NCBI GenBank assembly: GCA_963760795.1
Contig: CAVXEP010000032.1
Location: forward strand, 384,001-448,000
DNA length: 64,000 bases
Origin: an uncultured delta proteobacterium
GTDB lineage: Bacteria; Desulfobacterota; Binatia; UBA9968
Direction of reading: 5' to 3'
This document shows positions 50,925-61,846 of the stretch, in pieces. The notes beneath the pieces were generated by a model, which saw only the letters and a program-made list of their open reading frames with translations, had not been told where the DNA came from and did not search any database. Each line of letters begins with the position of its first letter. Within the stretch, counting starts at the first letter, position 1. A program made the translations under genes and the position numbers.

Positions 50925-52004
50925 ATGGATCGGGAGTCCCTCATGTCTTGGATCTTTTCTCCCCTGGCGAAATGTCTTGTCGCGGCTTTTGCGATTGCCG
51001 GCCTAGCGTCCATCGAGACCGCCCACGCCAATCCCTATCTCGCCAAGCCAGGGGAGCCGCTGATGCGGGCGCGTATCGGCACCTGCGCCATTACCGGCGG
51101 GTTCATTCATCTCTATACCGCCCTCGATAACAAGATATTCGAGAAGTATGGCGTCCATGCCGAGCATATCGTTGTGCGCGGTGGCAGCGTGGCCGCGGCG
51201 GCGTTGGCCGCCGATGAGATTAATTTTCTCTACTGTAACGCCGACGCCAATATCGCGCGCATCGCCACCGGCATGGACGGCAAGCTGGTCGCCTCGCCGC
51301 TGGTGGGTTTGCCGTACGTCGTGTTGGCGCGCAAGGACATCAAGCGGCCCGCCGATCTGAAGGGCAAGACGATCGGCGTCACCCGGCCGGGCGACTTTAC
51401 TTACAAACTCGCCAAGGATTTTCTCAAGAAGCATAACCTGGGCGACAAGGATGTTACGCTTGCGCCGGTTGGCGGCACGCCGACTGAGCGTTACACCGCG
51501 CTAGCGCAAGATATGTTTCAGGCGATCCTGATTCAACCGCCGCTCGACGCCCGCGGCAAAAAGGACGGCTTCAACGTCATCTACCATCTCAGCGATCTCG
51601 GGCTCCCGTTCATCTATAGTTCGTTGTTCAGCAACAATAAGACCTATAAGGAAAAGCCCGCGTTGATTCAGAAGATGGTGGCGGCGTTGGCTGAGTCGGT
51701 CTATCTCGTCGAGAAAAAGCCGGAGATCGGCATGGCGTCGGTGGGGAAAACGCTACGCATAAGCGACGCCGATACCCTGCAATCGGCCTACGATGCCTAC
51801 GCCAAACGGTTGATCAACCGGCGCATGATCGTGCCAGGCAAAATGGTCGCGGAAACCATCGAAAACGCCCGTGAAGAGGGCACGGTGATTCGCCGCAAAG
51901 CGAGCGAAGTCTTCGACAATACTTTCGTCGAGAATCTCGACAAGAGCGGCTTCATGAAAGAGCTGTGGGGCGGCGCGTTGCCGGACGATAAAAAGAGACC
52001 CTAA
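50925..52004 (+). CDS. NMT1/THI5-like ABC substrate-binding protein
   Basis: Signal peptide, FEKYG, DLKGKTIGVTRPG. Confidence 0.8.
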   Translation: MDRESLMSWIFSPLAKCLVAAFAIAGLASIETAHANPYLAKPGEPLMRARIGTCAITGGFIHLYTALDNKIFEKYGVHAEHIVVRGGSVAAAALAADEINFLYCNADANIARIATGMDGKLVASPLVGLPYVVLARKDIKRPADLKGKTIGVTRPGDFTYKLAKDFLKKHNLGDKDVTLAPVGGTPTERYTALAQDMFQAILIQPPLDARGKKDGFNVIYHLSDLGLPFIYSSLFSNNKTYKEKPALIQKMVAALAESVYLVEKKPEIGMASVGKTLRISDADTLQSAYDAYAKRLINRRMIVPGKMVAETIENAREEGTVIRRKASEVFDNTFVENLDKSGFMKELWGGALPDDKKRP

Positions 52005-52033
52005 ACAAATCATCGGTTGAGAAGGAGATTGAA

Positions 52034-53215
52034 ATGTTGTTGGTTAAAATGATTCTTGCTCTGGTCTTTAACTTTGTTGTGGTGACGACTTCTGTCCATG
52101 GCGCGGATGAAGCGCCGATGGTTCTAGTGCGCGACGGATTTTTCTATGTCGGCGGACGGCTGAACACCGTCAACGGCAAGCAATACATGACCGGTCAAAT
52201 GTATGTGGAGTACCGCATCCCGGCGCGCAAGAGCCATCCTTATCCGATTATTATGGTGCACGGCGGTACGATGTCGGGGACTAATTATACGGGTACTCCG
52301 GACGGGCGCGAGGGCTGGGCGCAAAACTTTGTCCGCCTAGGTTATGCTGTTTACGTTGTCGATCAAGTCGGCAAGGGGCGGTCGTCCTACATGGAACAAA
52401 CCTATGGCCCGACGGAGATGGCCGACAGCCAAAATTCCCAGCGCCGTTACATCGCCCAGGGAAAATACAAACTCTGGCCGCAGGCACATTTGCACACCCA
52501 ATGGCCGGGCAGCGGGGAAATGGAAGACAGCAATGTGCAGCAATTGCTATCGAGTCAGATCCCGTCGATCCGTGATTTTACCAAGCAGCAACATTTGAAC
52601 CGCGATGCGCTGATCGCTCTGCTAGATAAAATTGGACCGGCGATCTTGCTGGTGCATTCACAAGCGGGAACCTTTGGCTGGCCGGTGGCCGACGCGCGTC
52701 CCCAACTTGTGAAAGCGATACTCGCGATCGAGCCCAACGGCCCGCCGGCCTATGGTGTCGAGTTCGTCGGCGCGCCTGACTATTTCAAGCTCGGCCGGCT
52801 CGGTTTGACTTACGGCATCACGGCTGTGCCACTGACTTACGCGCCAGCGGTATCGAGCCCGGCGGAACTCAGTTTCGTCGAGCAGGACAAGGCCGATGGG
52901 CCGGATCTAGTGAAGTGTTGGCTGCAAGCGGCGCCGGCGCGGCAGTTGCCGAACCTGCAAAAAATTCCGACGTTGGTGCTCACCGCTGAAGCCTCATATC
53001 ATGCGCCTTACGATCACTGTACGGTGAAGTATCTGGAGCAGGCCGGCATGCGGGCGAGCTGGATCAAGCTCGTCGATGTCGGCATCCGCGGCAACAGCCA
53101 TGTCATGATGATGGAGAAAAACAGTAAACAAATCGCCGGCACGATCGCCGGCTGGCTCGCCAAGACGTTTCCGGCGGCGAAGAACACAAAACCTGTGGCA
53201 GGAAGGTCGAGGTGA
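52034..53215 (+). CDS. Secreted alpha/beta hydrolase (esterase-like)
   Basis: MVHGG, TPDGREGW, VHSQAG, GNSH. Confidence 0.8.
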   Translation: MLLVKMILALVFNFVVVTTSVHGADEAPMVLVRDGFFYVGGRLNTVNGKQYMTGQMYVEYRIPARKSHPYPIIMVHGGTMSGTNYTGTPDGREGWAQNFVRLGYAVYVVDQVGKGRSSYMEQTYGPTEMADSQNSQRRYIAQGKYKLWPQAHLHTQWPGSGEMEDSNVQQLLSSQIPSIRDFTKQQHLNRDALIALLDKIGPAILLVHSQAGTFGWPVADARPQLVKAILAIEPNGPPAYGVEFVGAPDYFKLGRLGLTYGITAVPLTYAPAVSSPAELSFVEQDKADGPDLVKCWLQAAPARQLPNLQKIPTLVLTAEASYHAPYDHCTVKYLEQAGMRASWIKLVDVGIRGNSHVMMMEKNSKQIAGTIAGWLAKTFPAAKNTKPVAGRSR

Positions 53216-53320
53216 TTAAGAATATTGCGCTTTGACATCTATGCCTGTGTTCCTATGTGAAGCCTTCAAGCGTTGCCAAATTACTGTTGTTCCACAGCGC
53301 TAGTGTTACAGCACGATTGA

Positions 53321-53570
53321 ATGAAGCGTTTTCTTCTGCTGAGCGTTTCCGCCGGCGCTGGGCATGGCCGCGCCGCCGAGGCGGTGGCGAGTTTTCCTGG
53401 CGTTGAGGCGAAGCATATTGACGTCATGAACTTGGTGCCGCGGGTTTCCGCGCGCTCTACGCCGACTACTACATCAAGATTGTCGAGCATCATTCGTCGG
53501 TGTGGGCGTATATGTACAACGCCAGCGACAAGATGCCGCGCGATGCCTGGTTCGCCAAGGTGCGCTGTGC
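53321..53570 (+). pseudogene. MGDG synthase/UgtP-like glycosyltransferase N-terminal fragment
   Basis: SVSAGAGHGRAAEA, then in another frame YIKIVEH..WAYMY; truncated. Confidence 0.55.
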
Positions 53571-53612
53571 TCTTACTGGTTTGCTCCTATCGAGTGAAAA
53601 GTTAGGGAGGTC

Positions 53613-54799
53613 ATGAAAATCTTTCTCAGTTACGCCTCCCAAGATGCCGAGCCGGCGAAGTCGATTTATTTCGCGCTACGGGATCAGGGCCACACGGTGT
53701 TCTATGACCGCGCCGATCTGCCGGCGGGTGACGAATTCCATAACCGCATACGAGCGGCCATCGAAGCTTCGCAACTCTTCATATTTTTGATCAGTGCCAA
53801 TGCCGTGGACGCCGGCAGCTATACTTTGACTGAACTCGACATCGCCGAGAAAGCCAGCGTCAAGCTGCTGCCAGTAGCCCTCGGCAAATTGGCTGTAGAG
53901 CAGTTGCCCGCCGCACTCAAGGCCGTGACGTTTCTCGAAACCGACGGCAACTTGCCCGCTACTGTCGCTGCTGGCAGTGTATCGCATCGCCGCCGATTGG
54001 CGGCGCCGGCGGCTCAAACGCATGATCGCTACCGCGGCAGCCGTCGTCGCGGTCTGCGCGGCGCTTTACTATGGGTTAATAGGTCAGGCGAAAAGCCAGC
54101 TAGTCGGTAAAGATGGCGCACCGGCGGTTATGATTCCAGCGGGGACTTTTATCTGGGGTGATGATTCAGAGTCGCCTCGCCGTGAGCTGTTTGTCGATGC
54201 ATTCTACCTGGACAAGCACGAAGTGACCGTGGCTCGTTACGGCGGCTTCTTGAAGGCGACTGGCAGCGTCAAACCGCCTGAAGAATGGGAGACTGCGGAT
54301 CTCGAAGATTCACGCCGGTCTGCCGGTTGTCGGTGTCGATTGGCAAGACGCCAACAGTTATTGCCAGTGGGCGGGCCGGCGTTTGCCGACCGATGCGGAG
54401 TGGGAGCGGGCAGCCCGCGGCACAGACGAACGGAAATATCCCTGGGGCAATGAGCCGCCTAGCGCCGAGCGCGCGCGTTTCGCAAAGAATTACCAGAATC
54501 CGGTTTACCGAGACGGCGTCGCCGCCGTCGGAGCCCATCCCAAAGGGGCGAGCCCGTTTGGTATCGATGATCTTTCCGGCAACGCTTGGGAGTGGGTGGC
54601 CGATTGGTTCACGGAAAGTTTTCCGCGCACCGACAGGCGCAACCCCAAGGGGCCGGCGAGCGGTACCGACAAAGTGCTGCGCGGCGGCGGCTGGTACGAT
54701 CCCCCCGAACGGCTGACCAGCACGAAGCGGATGCATGCGCCGCCCGAGCATCGTGATGATAGCATCGGCTTTCGTTGCGCCAGCGATGTGAAAAAGTAA
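53613..54799 (+). CDS. TIR domain - TM - FGE-sulfatase (SUMF1) domain fusion, two frameshifts
   Basis: IFLSYASQD..YTLTEL (TIR); TM helix; IPAGTF.WG, EVTV, RLPTDAEWERAARG, SGNAWEW, RGGGW, GFRC. Confidence 0.75.
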
Positions 54800-54823
54800 T
54801 CCCGTTCGCGAGGTCGCTACTCC

Positions 54824-55246
54824 ATGGCTCGATTCGAAATCCATCCCCAGCTGCTCGCTGACTGTCATCGGCTGGGAAAGTTCGCCTTCTGCCATGTGCT
54901 GCTCAACAAGAATGCCGTGTTGCCCTGGTTCATTCTCGTTCCGCAAACTGCGACTACTGACCTGCTCGATCTTGCCGATGAGCAGAGAACTACCGCAATA
55001 AACGAGGCCGCGGTGATTGGGCAATTCATTAAACGCCATCTCGGCTACGGCAAAATAAACTTTGCCGCCATCGGCAACGTCGTGCCGCAGCTGCATCTGC
55101 ATGTCGTTGGCAGAAAACCGGACGATCCCTGCTGGCCGGCGCCGGTGTGGGGCCATCTTACCGAATCGCGAGAATTATCGATCCAACGTGTCGCAGAGAT
55201 TCGTGAATTACTGGTGCGCTACTGTTCGCTCAAAGTAGAATCTTGA
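54824..55246 (+). CDS. HIT family protein
   Basis: IGNVVPQLHLHVVGR..DPCWP. Confidence 0.85.
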   Translation: MARFEIHPQLLADCHRLGKFAFCHVLLNKNAVLPWFILVPQTATTDLLDLADEQRTTAINEAAVIGQFIKRHLGYGKINFAAIGNVVPQLHLHVVGRKPDDPCWPAPVWGHLTESRELSIQRVAEIRELLVRYCSLKVES

Positions 55247-55343
55247 TGACGCTTCAGAGTCTCGCCGAAAATAGCTAGAGATATTGCCGGAAGTTCTGCT
55301 TGATTCCGAGCGGGATCAGATGGGCACTAATTCCAATAGTGAA

Positions 55344-55931
55344 TCATTGCGCGCCAATAATGGCAGTGGTGACAAAGGCTTCGATCAAAGCAGCGATGAG
55401 CAACATCGGCACGATGACGATGGCGAAAAAGCGCATGGCCCGGGCCAATTCGGTTTTGATTTTCGCTTCGGATTTTTGCAGTATTCGTTTCAGCACGTGA
55501 TCGCCGAGCATGAGGCCGATGGCCGTGCCGAGAAATACCGCGGCGAGTTCGATGACACCGTGGGGCAAGATGCCCAATAGCGACGGCCAAATCCCACGGC
55601 TGTGGGATGACAGAAAAAAGACGACGCCGAGGACGACGCCGTTGACGATCAGAAACAACGCCGGCACGATGCCAACGGCCAAGCCTAACAAGATCGCGGC
55701 CAATGTCTTTACGGTATTGTTGAGAAAGATCGCTACGGCGAGTTGTGGCTTCGGTAGGCCGCGAAAGGTTTTGAGAAAGCCGGTGATGGAATCGCCGAAA
55801 TGATCGGCCAGCCCTGGATAACGGCTCGCGATCGCCACACCGAAAGCTAACCCGATAACAAAGAAGATTAGGCTAGAGATCAAGAAGGGACGCAGTTCGC
55901 GAAAATAAGCGCGTCGTTCGTCGCGATTCAT
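55344..55931 (-). CDS. Stage II sporulation protein M (SpoIIM)-like membrane protein
   Basis: IFLNN, NGVVLG, ILPHGVIEL, AALIEAFVT. Confidence 0.85.
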   Translation of the reverse strand: MNRDERRAYFRELRPFLISSLIFFVIGLAFGVAIASRYPGLADHFGDSITGFLKTFRGLPKPQLAVAIFLNNTVKTLAAILLGLAVGIVPALFLIVNGVVLGVVFFLSSHSRGIWPSLLGILPHGVIELAAVFLGTAIGLMLGDHVLKRILQKSEAKIKTELARAMRFFAIVIVPMLLIAALIEAFVTTAIIGAQ

Positions 55932-56228
55932 GAAAGGTAGTTTTAACAGAAACAGCGCGTGCTAGATACCGATCTACAAGGGAAGGGATGCAATTTGCGG
56001 AGTTTCTGATCGAGTGCGGTGCGCTGGCTGCATTCCACTGAGCCTGGCGTACTTTTATCTCAATGCCGCTTTGCTGGCTCGAGTGAACTACGGAATCGAG
56101 TCGGTCGGTCATTCGGGCCGGCGGAGTGGTGCTACGTGGGTGTACGGGATTTTGAATCTTCTAGTATTTGCCACGCTGTGGTATCGCTGGAGGATCGCTA
56201 ACCTAGCGCAAGGAACCAGGAGGTAACC

Positions 56229-57320
56229 ATGAAAATCAAAAGCATCCGTTCCCAAGTCATTCGCCTACCGGTCGATGAACCGTTGGCCGATGGCCCGCCG
56301 TCGGGACGGGCGCATAACATGTTCGTCACAGTTCGGATTGAGACGGTCGACGGCATCGAAGGCGTCGGCGCGACGTTCTTTGGCGGCGTGCTCAGTGCGA
56401 CGCTCAAGCAGGCGATCGATCAGTTAGGCGCCATGATCGTTGGCGATGATCCGCTGCGCATCGACGCGCTGACGCAGAAATTACGCACGGCGGCAGCGAG
56501 CGCCGGGCCCGGCGGCATTCTCACCTTGGCGATCTCGGCCATCGATATGGCTCTATGGGATATCAAAGGCAAAGTTCTCGGCCAATCCCTTGGCGCCATG
56601 CTTGGCGGCCTGCGCGAGCGCGTGCCGACCTACGCCAGCGGCGCGCTGGTGCGCAGCTATCCGCTCGATCATCTGCTTAAAGCTTGTCGGACACTCGTCG
56701 AGCGCGGTTTCACGCAAATGAAAACCCAGATGGCGTTGCCCGGTGACGTAACCCCGGCGCAGGAAGCCGAGCGCGCGCGCTTGACCCGCGCAGCGGTGGG
56801 GCCGGATATCGACCTCATGTGCGACATCAATCAGCGCTGGTCGGTCAATCAGGCCATCGACATCGGCAAGCGTGTCGAGGACGTGCATTTCTTTTGGCTC
56901 GAAGACGTGACCGTGCATGACGATTATACCGGCTTGGCGCGGGTGGCTGATGCCTTGGCCACGCCGTTGGCGAGCGGTGAATGCTTGTACGGCATCACGC
57001 CGTTTCGCCATACCATCGAAGCGCACGCCGCCGATGTCATCATGATCGATCTGAACCGCGTCGGTGGTATTTCCAACTGGATGAAAGTGGCGGCCATGGC
57101 GGAAGCGTTCAATCTGCCGGTGGTCAGCCATCTGTTTCCGGAGATTCACGTCCATCTGGTCTCGGCGATTCCCAATGGTTTGACGGTAGAATACATGCCG
57201 TGGTCGTTCCGCTTGTGGCAGGATGTACCGGCGCCGGTAAAAGGTGAACTGGTCGTTCCGACCAAACCGGGATTAGGATTAGATTTTAACCGGGAGCTAG
57301 ATCGATATGTCGTGGATTAA
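56229..57320 (+). CDS. Mandelate racemase/muconate lactonizing enzyme family protein
   Basis: IDMALWDIKGK, DINQ, WLED, SGE, PGLG. Confidence 0.9.
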   Translation: MKIKSIRSQVIRLPVDEPLADGPPSGRAHNMFVTVRIETVDGIEGVGATFFGGVLSATLKQAIDQLGAMIVGDDPLRIDALTQKLRTAAASAGPGGILTLAISAIDMALWDIKGKVLGQSLGAMLGGLRERVPTYASGALVRSYPLDHLLKACRTLVERGFTQMKTQMALPGDVTPAQEAERARLTRAAVGPDIDLMCDINQRWSVNQAIDIGKRVEDVHFFWLEDVTVHDDYTGLARVADALATPLASGECLYGITPFRHTIEAHAADVIMIDLNRVGGISNWMKVAAMAEAFNLPVVSHLFPEIHVHLVSAIPNGLTVEYMPWSFRLWQDVPAPVKGELVVPTKPGLGLDFNRELDRYVVD

Positions 57321-57341
57321 GTTTGGATCATCGAGGTCAGT

Positions 57342-58418
57342 GTGAAACTTGGTTATTCGCGTATAAGAAAATCCCCCTCGATTCCCCTGTTCCAAAGCGG
57401 GAAGTTGTGGAGCGAAAAATTGTCCCCCTCCTTGAAAAAGCGGGGCCAGCGGAGATTTTGGACGACGGCGGCACTATTCGTCAGTTTGTTAGGCAGTGGG
57501 TTGCATGATCGAGCTGCGGCCGCCGATCCCACGAAAATTTACGCCGGCTACGGCGGTATTGCCGGGTACCAGATGCCGCTGTGGGTGATGAAAGAAGCGG
57601 AGATCGGCAAAAAATACGGCGTCGATCTCGAACCACTGTTGATCAGCGGCGGCGCGCTGGGCATGCAGGCACTGCTCGCCAACAGCATTCAGCTGAGTCA
57701 GAACTCGGCGTCGGCGGCGATCGGGGCGGCGTTGCGCGGCGCACCGATCGCACTCGTCTCCACCTCGGAAAATCGCATGTCGGCCGAAATCGTCGCGCGT
57801 GCGGAAATCAAAACACCGCAGCAGTTGATCGGCAAGAAGATCGGCATTCTGCGCTTCGGCGGCTCCAACGACACCGGCATCCAGTGGGCGCTACGCGCCT
57901 GGAAGATCGATCCGCGCCAGGTGACGATTCTCCAGTCGGGGGCGACCAATGCGCGTTTATTGGCGTTGACCTTGGGACAGATCGACGCGACGATTCTTTC
58001 CTACCCGGAGATTCATATCGCGCGCAAGCGCGGCATGAACGTGCTCGCCGATATCGGCGAATTCAGCGCCTATCCGAATACGTCGTGGATGCTCACGCGC
58101 GCGTTCATCGAAAAGCAGCGGCCGCTGGCGAAAAACCTGCTGCGGGCGCAGATCGAGGCGATTCATTACATACGCACCAATCGGGAAGGCAGCATCAAGA
58201 TTCTCAAGAAATATCTTCGTGTCGACGATGCCGAAGCGACCGATGCCACCTATGAATTCTTCGCTCGCCGTACCGACGCCTTGCCACGGACCAATTTGGA
58301 AGGATTGAAAAATATCCTGCGGGAAATGAACGCGCCGCAGCGCAATCCCGCCGAGTTCGTCGATATGAGCCTGCTCGACGAGATCGAAAAAGAAGGGTTT
58401 ATGCAGCGCTTGCGCTAA
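57342..58418 (+). CDS. NMT1/THI5-like ABC substrate-binding protein (N-terminus contains a REP-like insert)
   Basis: [23 protein letters not shown]. Confidence 0.8.
   Translation: MKLGYSRIRKSPSIPLFQSGKLWSEKLSPSLKKRGQRRFWTTAALFVSLLGSGLHDRAAAADPTKIYAGYGGIAGYQMPLWVMKEAEIGKKYGVDLEPLLISGGALGMQALLANSIQLSQNSASAAIGAALRGAPIALVSTSENRMSAEIVARAEIKTPQQLIGKKIGILRFGGSNDTGIQWALRAWKIDPRQVTILQSGATNARLLALTLGQIDATILSYPEIHIARKRGMNVLADIGEFSAYPNTSWMLTRAFIEKQRPLAKNLLRAQIEAIHYIRTNREGSIKILKKYLRVDDAEATDATYEFFARRTDALPRTNLEGLKNILREMNAPQRNPAEFVDMSLLDEIEKEGFMQRLR
57368..57459. repeat. REP-like palindromic element
   Basis: AAAATCCCCCTCGATTCCCCTGTTCCAAAGCGGGAAG ... CCCCCTCCTTGAAAAAGCGGGGCCAGCGGAGATTTT. Confidence 0.65.
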
Positions 58419-58428
58419 TCAGCCGCCC

Positions 58429-58974
58429 ATGAAGGATATTTTGAGATTACCTAAAGTAAAACTTCACACGGTTGTTGCCGGTGATATTTTGACTCCGAGC
58501 ATCGCTAATGTGGCAGCGATCTGGATCAAGCGCGCTCATCGCGGGCCGATGGACGCGGTGCCAGCTGCAAAGCTGGTCGCTGGAGAGGGCATCGCTGGGA
58601 GCGCTGACCGAGGCGGTTCGCGCCAGGTAACCTTGTTGGAAAAAGATGTCTGGGATGATGTGATGAAGCTGCTCGGCGGTTCAAAAGAGCCCAGCGCGCG
58701 CCGGGCAAACCTATTGGTGCGCGGCATCTCATTGGCCAATAGCCGCGGCAAAGTTTTGCGCATCGGCTCGGCTCGGCTGCAAATCGGCGGCGCGACCAAA
58801 CCTTGCGAACGAATGGACGAAGTCTTGCCCGGATTGCAGGCCGCGATGTACGAGGGTTGGCGCGGCGGCGCCTATGCACGAGTCCTCATCGATGGCGAAA
58901 TTGTTGTCGGCGATGCGGTTCAATGGGAAGAAGCCGGTGGCGAGCATACGTCTGGCGTGTCAGCCGAACGATGA
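58429..58974 (+). CDS. MOSC domain protein
   Basis: RQVTL, RRANL, PCERMD, GG..ARV..G.I.VGD. Confidence 0.85.
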   Translation: MKDILRLPKVKLHTVVAGDILTPSIANVAAIWIKRAHRGPMDAVPAAKLVAGEGIAGSADRGGSRQVTLLEKDVWDDVMKLLGGSKEPSARRANLLVRGISLANSRGKVLRIGSARLQIGGATKPCERMDEVLPGLQAAMYEGWRGGAYARVLIDGEIVVGDAVQWEEAGGEHTSGVSAER

Positions 58975-58990
58975 GAATCAGATTCGGCTT

Positions 58991-59401
58991 ATGAAAAGCC
59001 GCAAGCAGAAGAGCGTTGAGATTAAGGCCGAACGAAAGCACAAAGTGGCCAAGATTCAGTTGCGCAACAAACACCAGGAGCGGCAACTTCGTCCCGTGCT
59101 CGGGCCGCCGGTGAATGAAGCCCTGCTGGCGCCGAACAACAGTTACGGCGCGCCCGACTTTGTCTATCGCGGTCACTACGTCGATCGGCCGTTTCGCTGC
59201 GTTGAATGTGGTAAAGAAGAAGTGTGGACCGGGACGCAGCAGAAGTGGTGGTATGAAGTGGCGAAGGGGTTTGTCTATACCACGGCGGTGCGCTGCCGGC
59301 TCTGCCGGCGCAAGAAGCGACAACAGAGCGATGAGTCACGGCGCGTTCACCTGGAAGGTCTCGAACGAAAAGCACGGCGCGCTCGGGAAGGATCAAAATA
59401 A
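58991..59401 (+). CDS. Zinc-ribbon domain protein
   Basis: YVDRPFRCVECG..WT..QQKWWYE..RCRLC. Confidence 0.75.
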   Translation: MKSRKQKSVEIKAERKHKVAKIQLRNKHQERQLRPVLGPPVNEALLAPNNSYGAPDFVYRGHYVDRPFRCVECGKEEVWTGTQQKWWYEVAKGFVYTTAVRCRLCRRKKRQQSDESRRVHLEGLERKARRAREGSK

Positions 59402-59570
59402 CGGCAGTTGCATCAATGCGGTCATGGTTAGACGCTAATCCGATTATCGAAGGACTGACAATGGCGGAGTGGGCTCAGAACTTGCCCCTTCTATGTTGCG
59501 GCTATGCTGTGACCTGGGATAGTATTTGATCGTCGGCATATTTTAAAGTAAACCGTGGAAGGAGAATTTC

Positions 59571-60053
59571 ATGGGACTATTAGATGGCCTACTCGGAAAC
59601 GTACTTGGCTCCGCCCTAGGTGGCAATCGAGAGCAGTCACAAGCTCAAGATCCGTTGAGCGCAATCTTGGGCGGCCTTACCGGCGGCAGAGGCGGTAGCA
59701 CAGGAAATGTTTTGTTGCAGCTCGGTCTTTCGATGTTGCAGCAACAGGGCGGGCTCGGCGGTGTGCTCGGCAAGTTCCGCGAAAACGGTATGGGGGCGCA
59801 GGCCGACTCCTGGGTGAGCACAGGGCAGAACATGAACATCTCGCCGGATCAGTTACAGCAAGTGTTCGGCTCCGGGGCGCTTGGCGATATCGCTGCGAAG
59901 CTCGGCATGTCGCAAGAGCAAGCCGGCTCGGCCATGTCGCAGGTATTGCCCGAGTTGGTCAATCAGCTGACGCCGCAAGGCCAGGTGACGCCGGATTCCG
60001 AAAATTCCGTCGCCGAGGGCTTGGATGCGTTGGCTCGCAGTTTGGACCGGTAG
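59571..60053 (+). CDS. YidB/DUF937 family protein
   Basis: GGLGG..KF..G...ADSWVSTG.N, LPELVNQLTPQG. Confidence 0.85.
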   Translation: MGLLDGLLGNVLGSALGGNREQSQAQDPLSAILGGLTGGRGGSTGNVLLQLGLSMLQQQGGLGGVLGKFRENGMGAQADSWVSTGQNMNISPDQLQQVFGSGALGDIAAKLGMSQEQAGSAMSQVLPELVNQLTPQGQVTPDSENSVAEGLDALARSLDR

Positions 60054-60082
60054 GTCGTTTCGTCTACTATCCCCGTTTTTCC

Positions 60083-60580
60083 GTGTTGCTGCTGCTCTCA
60101 GCTCTACTATCGGTGTTGCTGCAATTCGATAGCATCGCTGCCGATGAGATCGATTTCGAAACGCTGTCGAGCCTGCCGCCCGAGGTGCGCATCGATTTCG
60201 CGAACAGTCCGCTGGCTAAGCGTTATCAATTGTCGGCGCATATCAATCCATTTTATCTGCACCGCGACGGCGACGGCCAGCAGGACACCGCGATTCTGCT
60301 CAAAAAACGGGCGACGGGAAAAAACGGCATCGCGATCTATCGTGGCAAAGCGAATCGGCTGGTCATCATCGGCGCCGGCCGTGACTGGTGCGACGGTGGC
60401 GACGACTTTCCGGGGTTGAATGCCCGGTATGTTTTCCAGCGCGCCGGTGGGGGAGGGCGCCATGGGAAAAAGCCGCCGAAGCTGCGCGGCGATGCGCTCA
60501 TGGTCAACCAGACCGATTCAGCCAGCGCGCTGATCTATTGGGATGGCAAACGATATGGCTGGTATCAGCAAGGAGACTAG
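60083..60580 (+). CDS. Hypothetical secreted protein
   Basis: Signal peptide, NPFYL..DGDG..D, LIYWDGKRY.W.QQGD. Confidence 0.55.
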   Translation: MLLLLSALLSVLLQFDSIAADEIDFETLSSLPPEVRIDFANSPLAKRYQLSAHINPFYLHRDGDGQQDTAILLKKRATGKNGIAIYRGKANRLVIIGAGRDWCDGGDDFPGLNARYVFQRAGGGGRHGKKPPKLRGDALMVNQTDSASALIYWDGKRYGWYQQGD

Positions 60581-61091
60581 CGTGCGGCGTGAAGATGGCG
60601 CGGGCGCGTTGGTGAGTTTGATCTGTCTGACGGTGTTTGCGGTGGTGTTCATTATTTATACGACGCGCTACCTGCCCGACTCGGTGGCGACTCATTTTGC
60701 CGCGGACAATCAGGCCAACGGCTGGATGAGCCGCAATGGTTATCTGCTGTTCGTACTGGCGTTCTTGATCGGCATTTCGGCGTTCGTCAGCTTCGCAGTC
60801 GGCACTTTGCCACGCAAGTTGCCGCACTGGACCAACGTGCCCAACCGTGATTACTGGTTGGTCCCGGCGCGCCGAGAAGAGTCGCTGCGCTACTTGTCAG
60901 CCCATGGCAAGCGACTTGGCTGTTTGATCGTGATGATGATGCTCGGCATGCACTACGTCATTCTCAAGGCCAATTCGGTTCAGCCGCCGGCGTTGCCGAT
61001 ATCGACTTTCTCGGCGATTTTGTTAGGCTTCGCCTTGGCGCTAATCTGGTGGATCGTGCGTCTGTATCGCAGGTTTCCCAAGCAGATGTAA
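60543..61091 (+). CDS. DUF1648 membrane protein
   Basis: LPDSVATHF...ANGW, NVPNRDYW. Confidence 0.8.
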   Translation: MANDMAGISKETSVRREDGAGALVSLICLTVFAVVFIIYTTRYLPDSVATHFAADNQANGWMSRNGYLLFVLAFLIGISAFVSFAVGTLPRKLPHWTNVPNRDYWLVPARREESLRYLSAHGKRLGCLIVMMMLGMHYVILKANSVQPPALPISTFSAILLGFALALIWWIVRLYRRFPKQM

Positions 61092-61125
61092 CCGCAAAGA
61101 CAAGGGAAAAAAAATCGGAACATAT

Positions 61126-61152
61126 AAGGGGCGGGTTTGAAACCCGCCCTCT
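61126..61152. repeat. REP-type hairpin
   Basis: AGGGGCGGGTTTGAAACCCGCCCTCT. Confidence 0.7.
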
Positions 61153-61201
61153 TTGGCTTTGGCAAGTTATTCCAAAGTGCCTTTTCGGGAGCCGGTGAAT
61201 T

Positions 61202-61846
61202 ATGAAAGGTTATGACAACAAAGACCGCTGCCCTTGGGTCGACATGAGCAAACCGGATTATGTCGAGTATCACGACCGCGAGTGGGGCGTGCCGGTGCAT
61301 GACGATCGCGTGATCTTTGAGTTTCTCACTTTGGAAGCCGCGCAGGCGGGATTGAGCTGGTACACCGTGCTGCGCAAGCGGGAAGCTTACCGCGCGGCGT
61401 TTGTCGGCTTCGATCCGGAAAAAGTCGCGCGTTACGGCAAGAAACAGATCGAAGCGTTGCTGAATAATCCTGGTATCATTCGCAATCGCTTGAAAATCCA
61501 CGCCGCGGTGAACAACGCTGGCAAGTTTTTACAGGTTCAAGATGAGTTCGGCAGCTTCGACGCGTACATCTGGCGCTTCGTCGACGGCAATCCGATCGTC
61601 AATCGTTTTAAAACCTTGAAAGATTATCCGGCCACCAGCCGCGAGTCTGACGCCTTGAGTAAAGATCTCAAACAGCGTGGCTTCAAATTCGTCGGATCGA
61701 CGATTATCTACGCCCATATGCAAGCCACCGGCATGGTCAACGACCATGCGGAGGGTTGCTTTCGTAGTCAACCCGTTTTGGCAAACCGTGACACTTTCGG
61801 TAGCGCTAATCTCCGCCGTCGTGACTTACCAAAGCTGCCACGGTAA
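61202..61846 (+). CDS. tag: DNA-3-methyladenine glycosylase I
   Basis: RCPW, YHDREWG, LEAAQAGLSW, IIRNRLKI, GMVNDH..C. Confidence 0.93.
   Translation: MKGYDNKDRCPWVDMSKPDYVEYHDREWGVPVHDDRVIFEFLTLEAAQAGLSWYTVLRKREAYRAAFVGFDPEKVARYGKKQIEALLNNPGIIRNRLKIHAAVNNAGKFLQVQDEFGSFDAYIWRFVDGNPIVNRFKTLKDYPATSRESDALSKDLKQRGFKFVGSTIIYAHMQATGMVNDHAEGCFRSQPVLANRDTFGSANLRRRDLPKLPR

Noticed and set aside
32180-54799. Diversity-generating retroelement (Avd-like four-helix bundle plus FGE/CLec domain)
   Set aside because: No reverse transcriptase and no template/variable repeat pair seen; the two genes are over 20 kb apart
59396-59433. Possible attC after the zinc-ribbon gene (AAATAAC..GTTAGAC), and GTTAG motifs near 50030 and 53601
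   Set aside because: No convincing inner palindrome or complementary cassette start; cannot extend the array this far
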